A DNA stretch of 63,992 bases, the filler included, from Basidiobolus ranarum (lineage: Eukaryota): NCBI GenBank assembly GCA_040143965.1. It is 10 parts of 10 records of this genome, joined end to end, with 100 filler letters (N's around TTAATTAATTAA, not from the genome) between each part and the next. Parts side by side here need not be neighbours in the genome. Positions count along the whole stretch, not along the records: positions 58,027 to 63,992 come from JASJQH010001449.1; 9 more parts are not named here. The stretch is one strand, 5' to 3'. Of the stretch, positions 62,003 to 63,992 are shown one piece after another. The translations under genes were made by a program, and so were the position numbers. The notes beneath the pieces were generated by a model that saw only the letters and a list, made by a program, of their open reading frames with translations, searched no databases and had not been told where the DNA came from. Every line of letters begins with the position of its first letter. Positions within the stretch are counted from its first letter, which is position 1.

Positions 62003-62370
62003 TGTTGCAGTATTTAGGGAGTTGTTGGAAGTGATTAGGAGAACAAGCTGAATTGGTGGCTTTCACTTATACATTTAGTGAGTGGAAGATTAACCTTAGA
62101 GTCTTGTTGCATGGCAAAGAATGGATGCAAAAAGTGGTAAGGAAGGTTCTTGGCAAAAGTAAAGCCTGGGGCCTCTAGAAAAAGTATGAGAATCTCCATA
62201 GTTGGGAACTTCTAAGTTGGTAAAAATATTTCAATTAAATTCCAATTGAGAATAGTAGTGATATCCTATTGAAATGTGAAACTGCCATTACAGTATTTTT
62301 AGAGCCTGTTGGAAGTGGTTTGGAGAGCTAGAGAAACTGGTGGTTTTCACTTTTTGACTTATTGAGTACC
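62003..62370 (+). mobile_element. Two diverged or partial family A LTR-like copies
   Basis: TGTTGCAGTATTTAGGGAGTTGTTGGAAGTG from 62003, and AGAGCCTGTTGGAAGTGGTTTGGAG at 62301. Confidence 0.65.
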
Positions 62371-62389
62371 AAGCTTGCACTCTCTGTAA

Positions 62390-62730
62390 TGTCTGCTTCT
62401 CAAATTTATGGAACTTTTCCCTCTTGTGAAAAATTGGATGCAACCAATAATTAAGTTTTGAAAATTAAGATGATAATGCTGCTACAAGAAAAAGGACTTT
62501 GGGACACTGTTGTAGAAGAAGAAAACTATGCAAAACTATCTGAAACCAAAGTTTTACTCCTGGTTAAAAAAGAACTAAGTGCCTTTAACTCAATTTGTCT
62601 TATTGTTAAAAACAAGTTGCTAATTTAATGTTCAAGAGCTATAACTGCAAAGAAGATATGGAAAGCCTTGGAAGACACCTACCAAGCAAGTTCTGCCACC
62701 AATAAGATGTTTCTAAGAAGACAATTCTAT
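62390..62730 (+). mobile_element. Ty1/copia gag N-terminal remnant
   Basis: EKLD..N..KIKM.MLLQEKGLWD.V and S.TNKMFLRRQFY, with stops. Confidence 0.75.
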
Positions 62731-63032
62731 TGGGAAAATATGGGCTGTTTGGAGGGACTTTAGAAAAGTGGAGTTGTGAATAGCTTTGTGAGATAATTAT
62801 TTATTGTCCAGAAATAAAGTATTTATACTTTTTGGTGGAAATACAGAAAACTAACACTGGGGTTGTGTTCAGAACATCTGTGGGAGTAAAATGAGCTATC
62901 TTTGGGGCAATTTGGATGAGTTTGAAATTTCCAATTTGGAATTGCTAATTGTCACGTTATTCACATATATATATAATACATGTTCCAATCTTCAGCTAAG
63001 TGATATTTGACTAAGTAATGTTAACTAACTTA

Positions 63033-63295
63033 TCCCTAACAGATATTTGAGGATTGTTATTGTAGGAAAACCATCACAATTTTAATCCATTTGGGGTTGA
63101 CCAGTTACCTACCATATATAATTGTCAAGTAAGATTTGATTTTAATCAATTTTTTCAGTTTCAGGAGTGAAATTTTAAGATCTTGCAAAATAGTTGCAAA
63201 TGATTGGCTAAAATCTCAGAGAACTATGGATCAACACATGTGCAAAACACATAACTCAAATTTTACACAATTACCACTGGAATGTTAATTTGTCA
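63033..63295. repeat. Interspersed repeat family B
   Basis: Inverted match to 6475-6737. Confidence 0.75.
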
Positions 63296-63992
63296 CCTTT
63301 GAAATCCCTAGTCTCTTTGATATATTCTCCTGGATATTTTTTTAGAGTTCTCCATACCCAAGGTTTAGCTCATACACAACACAAGTTTGTGTCAATATTG
63401 CCATCAAAGCCCACCATTGTATTAACATTGCCGAATCAACATTCTTCCAGCTATCTGGTGGATACCTGCCAATATTGTGCCACTATGTATTAAGTTCTTC
63501 CAAGATATCTGCACGGTCAATGCCAGAGTGAATGTCAAGTTGAATGTTCTTCTTCTGAAGCCACTTTCTTCATACTTGCACTGCATTTTTCCCTTAATAC
63601 TTTTGAAAATACTCCTCAAGCACTTTGACTATTTTTGTAAATCCTTGTAGTGTGACACTACTGAGGGTGCTTTGTGGTGTTTGTGCGGCTTTTTGCTTGC
63701 CTTTACCTTTGGGACTAATTTCAACACTTTGAAAAGTACCAGTTGAGGTTGGAGAGCCAGCAGTTTTATTTGCAGGTGTTTTAGCTTGTTGAGAGGTGCC
63801 AGGTGTTGGATAAACTTCCAAATTTAGCACTCATCCAACTGGTGTACCCGGTTCCATGGTGAAATTAAGCTTTTTTGCCAGTATATCTGACTCTGGAATT
63901 GCAGATCTTTGTAATGGTGTGAAGAATTCAGTAAGTGGGACAGTAGAGCCTAAACTCACTGGCTCCTTTGCTTTTCCCTTGGGTTTACTAAC

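Noticed and set aside
63296-63992. CpG-poor broken ORFs, possibly a LINE/gag ORF1 (similarly 6830-7400 and 25030-25700)
   Set aside because: Likely TE-derived, but no diagnostic motif was recognised, so not classified.

Overview
Eukaryotic DNA from an intron-rich, AT-rich fungus. The gene content (RECQL4-type helicase, 7TM-RGS, TOK channel, COA2, DUF3020) suggests an early-diverging lineage such as Zoopagomycota/Mucoromycota, possibly Basidiobolus-like; this taxonomy is inference only. The window is not contiguous: it is ten ~6.3-kb contigs in decreasing size order, joined by nine artificial 100-bp linkers (N44-TTAATTAATTAA-N44), so adjacency is meaningful only within a contig. Recognisable genes are a DUF3020 protein, a 3'-truncated beta-tubulin, FET4 (partial), an orphan 7TM protein, a PPR protein, a TOK-like K+ channel (partial), a 7TM-RGS protein, a degenerate ArgRS-like protein, NSUN5/RCM1 (partial), COA2, a PHO80/PCL-type cyclin, a Sld2-RecQ4 helicase, a secreted beta-trefoil protein, expansin-like DPBB proteins, NOG1 (partial), SSS1, CBF5, ORC6, BUB1 and a PPOX/HEM14 3' fragment. 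Many decayed, CpG-depleted Ty1/copia remnants and LTR-like repeats are also present. The best leads are: (1) an unannotated U6 snRNA-like gene whose ACAGAGA box and AGC catalytic triad are altered while the ISL, TATA and Pol III terminator are kept; (2) an intact, spliced arginyl-tRNA-synthetase paralog lacking the HIGH and KMSKS-equivalent motifs (a DALRD3-like pseudoenzyme); (3) an animal-style Sld2-RecQ4 fusion in a fungus.
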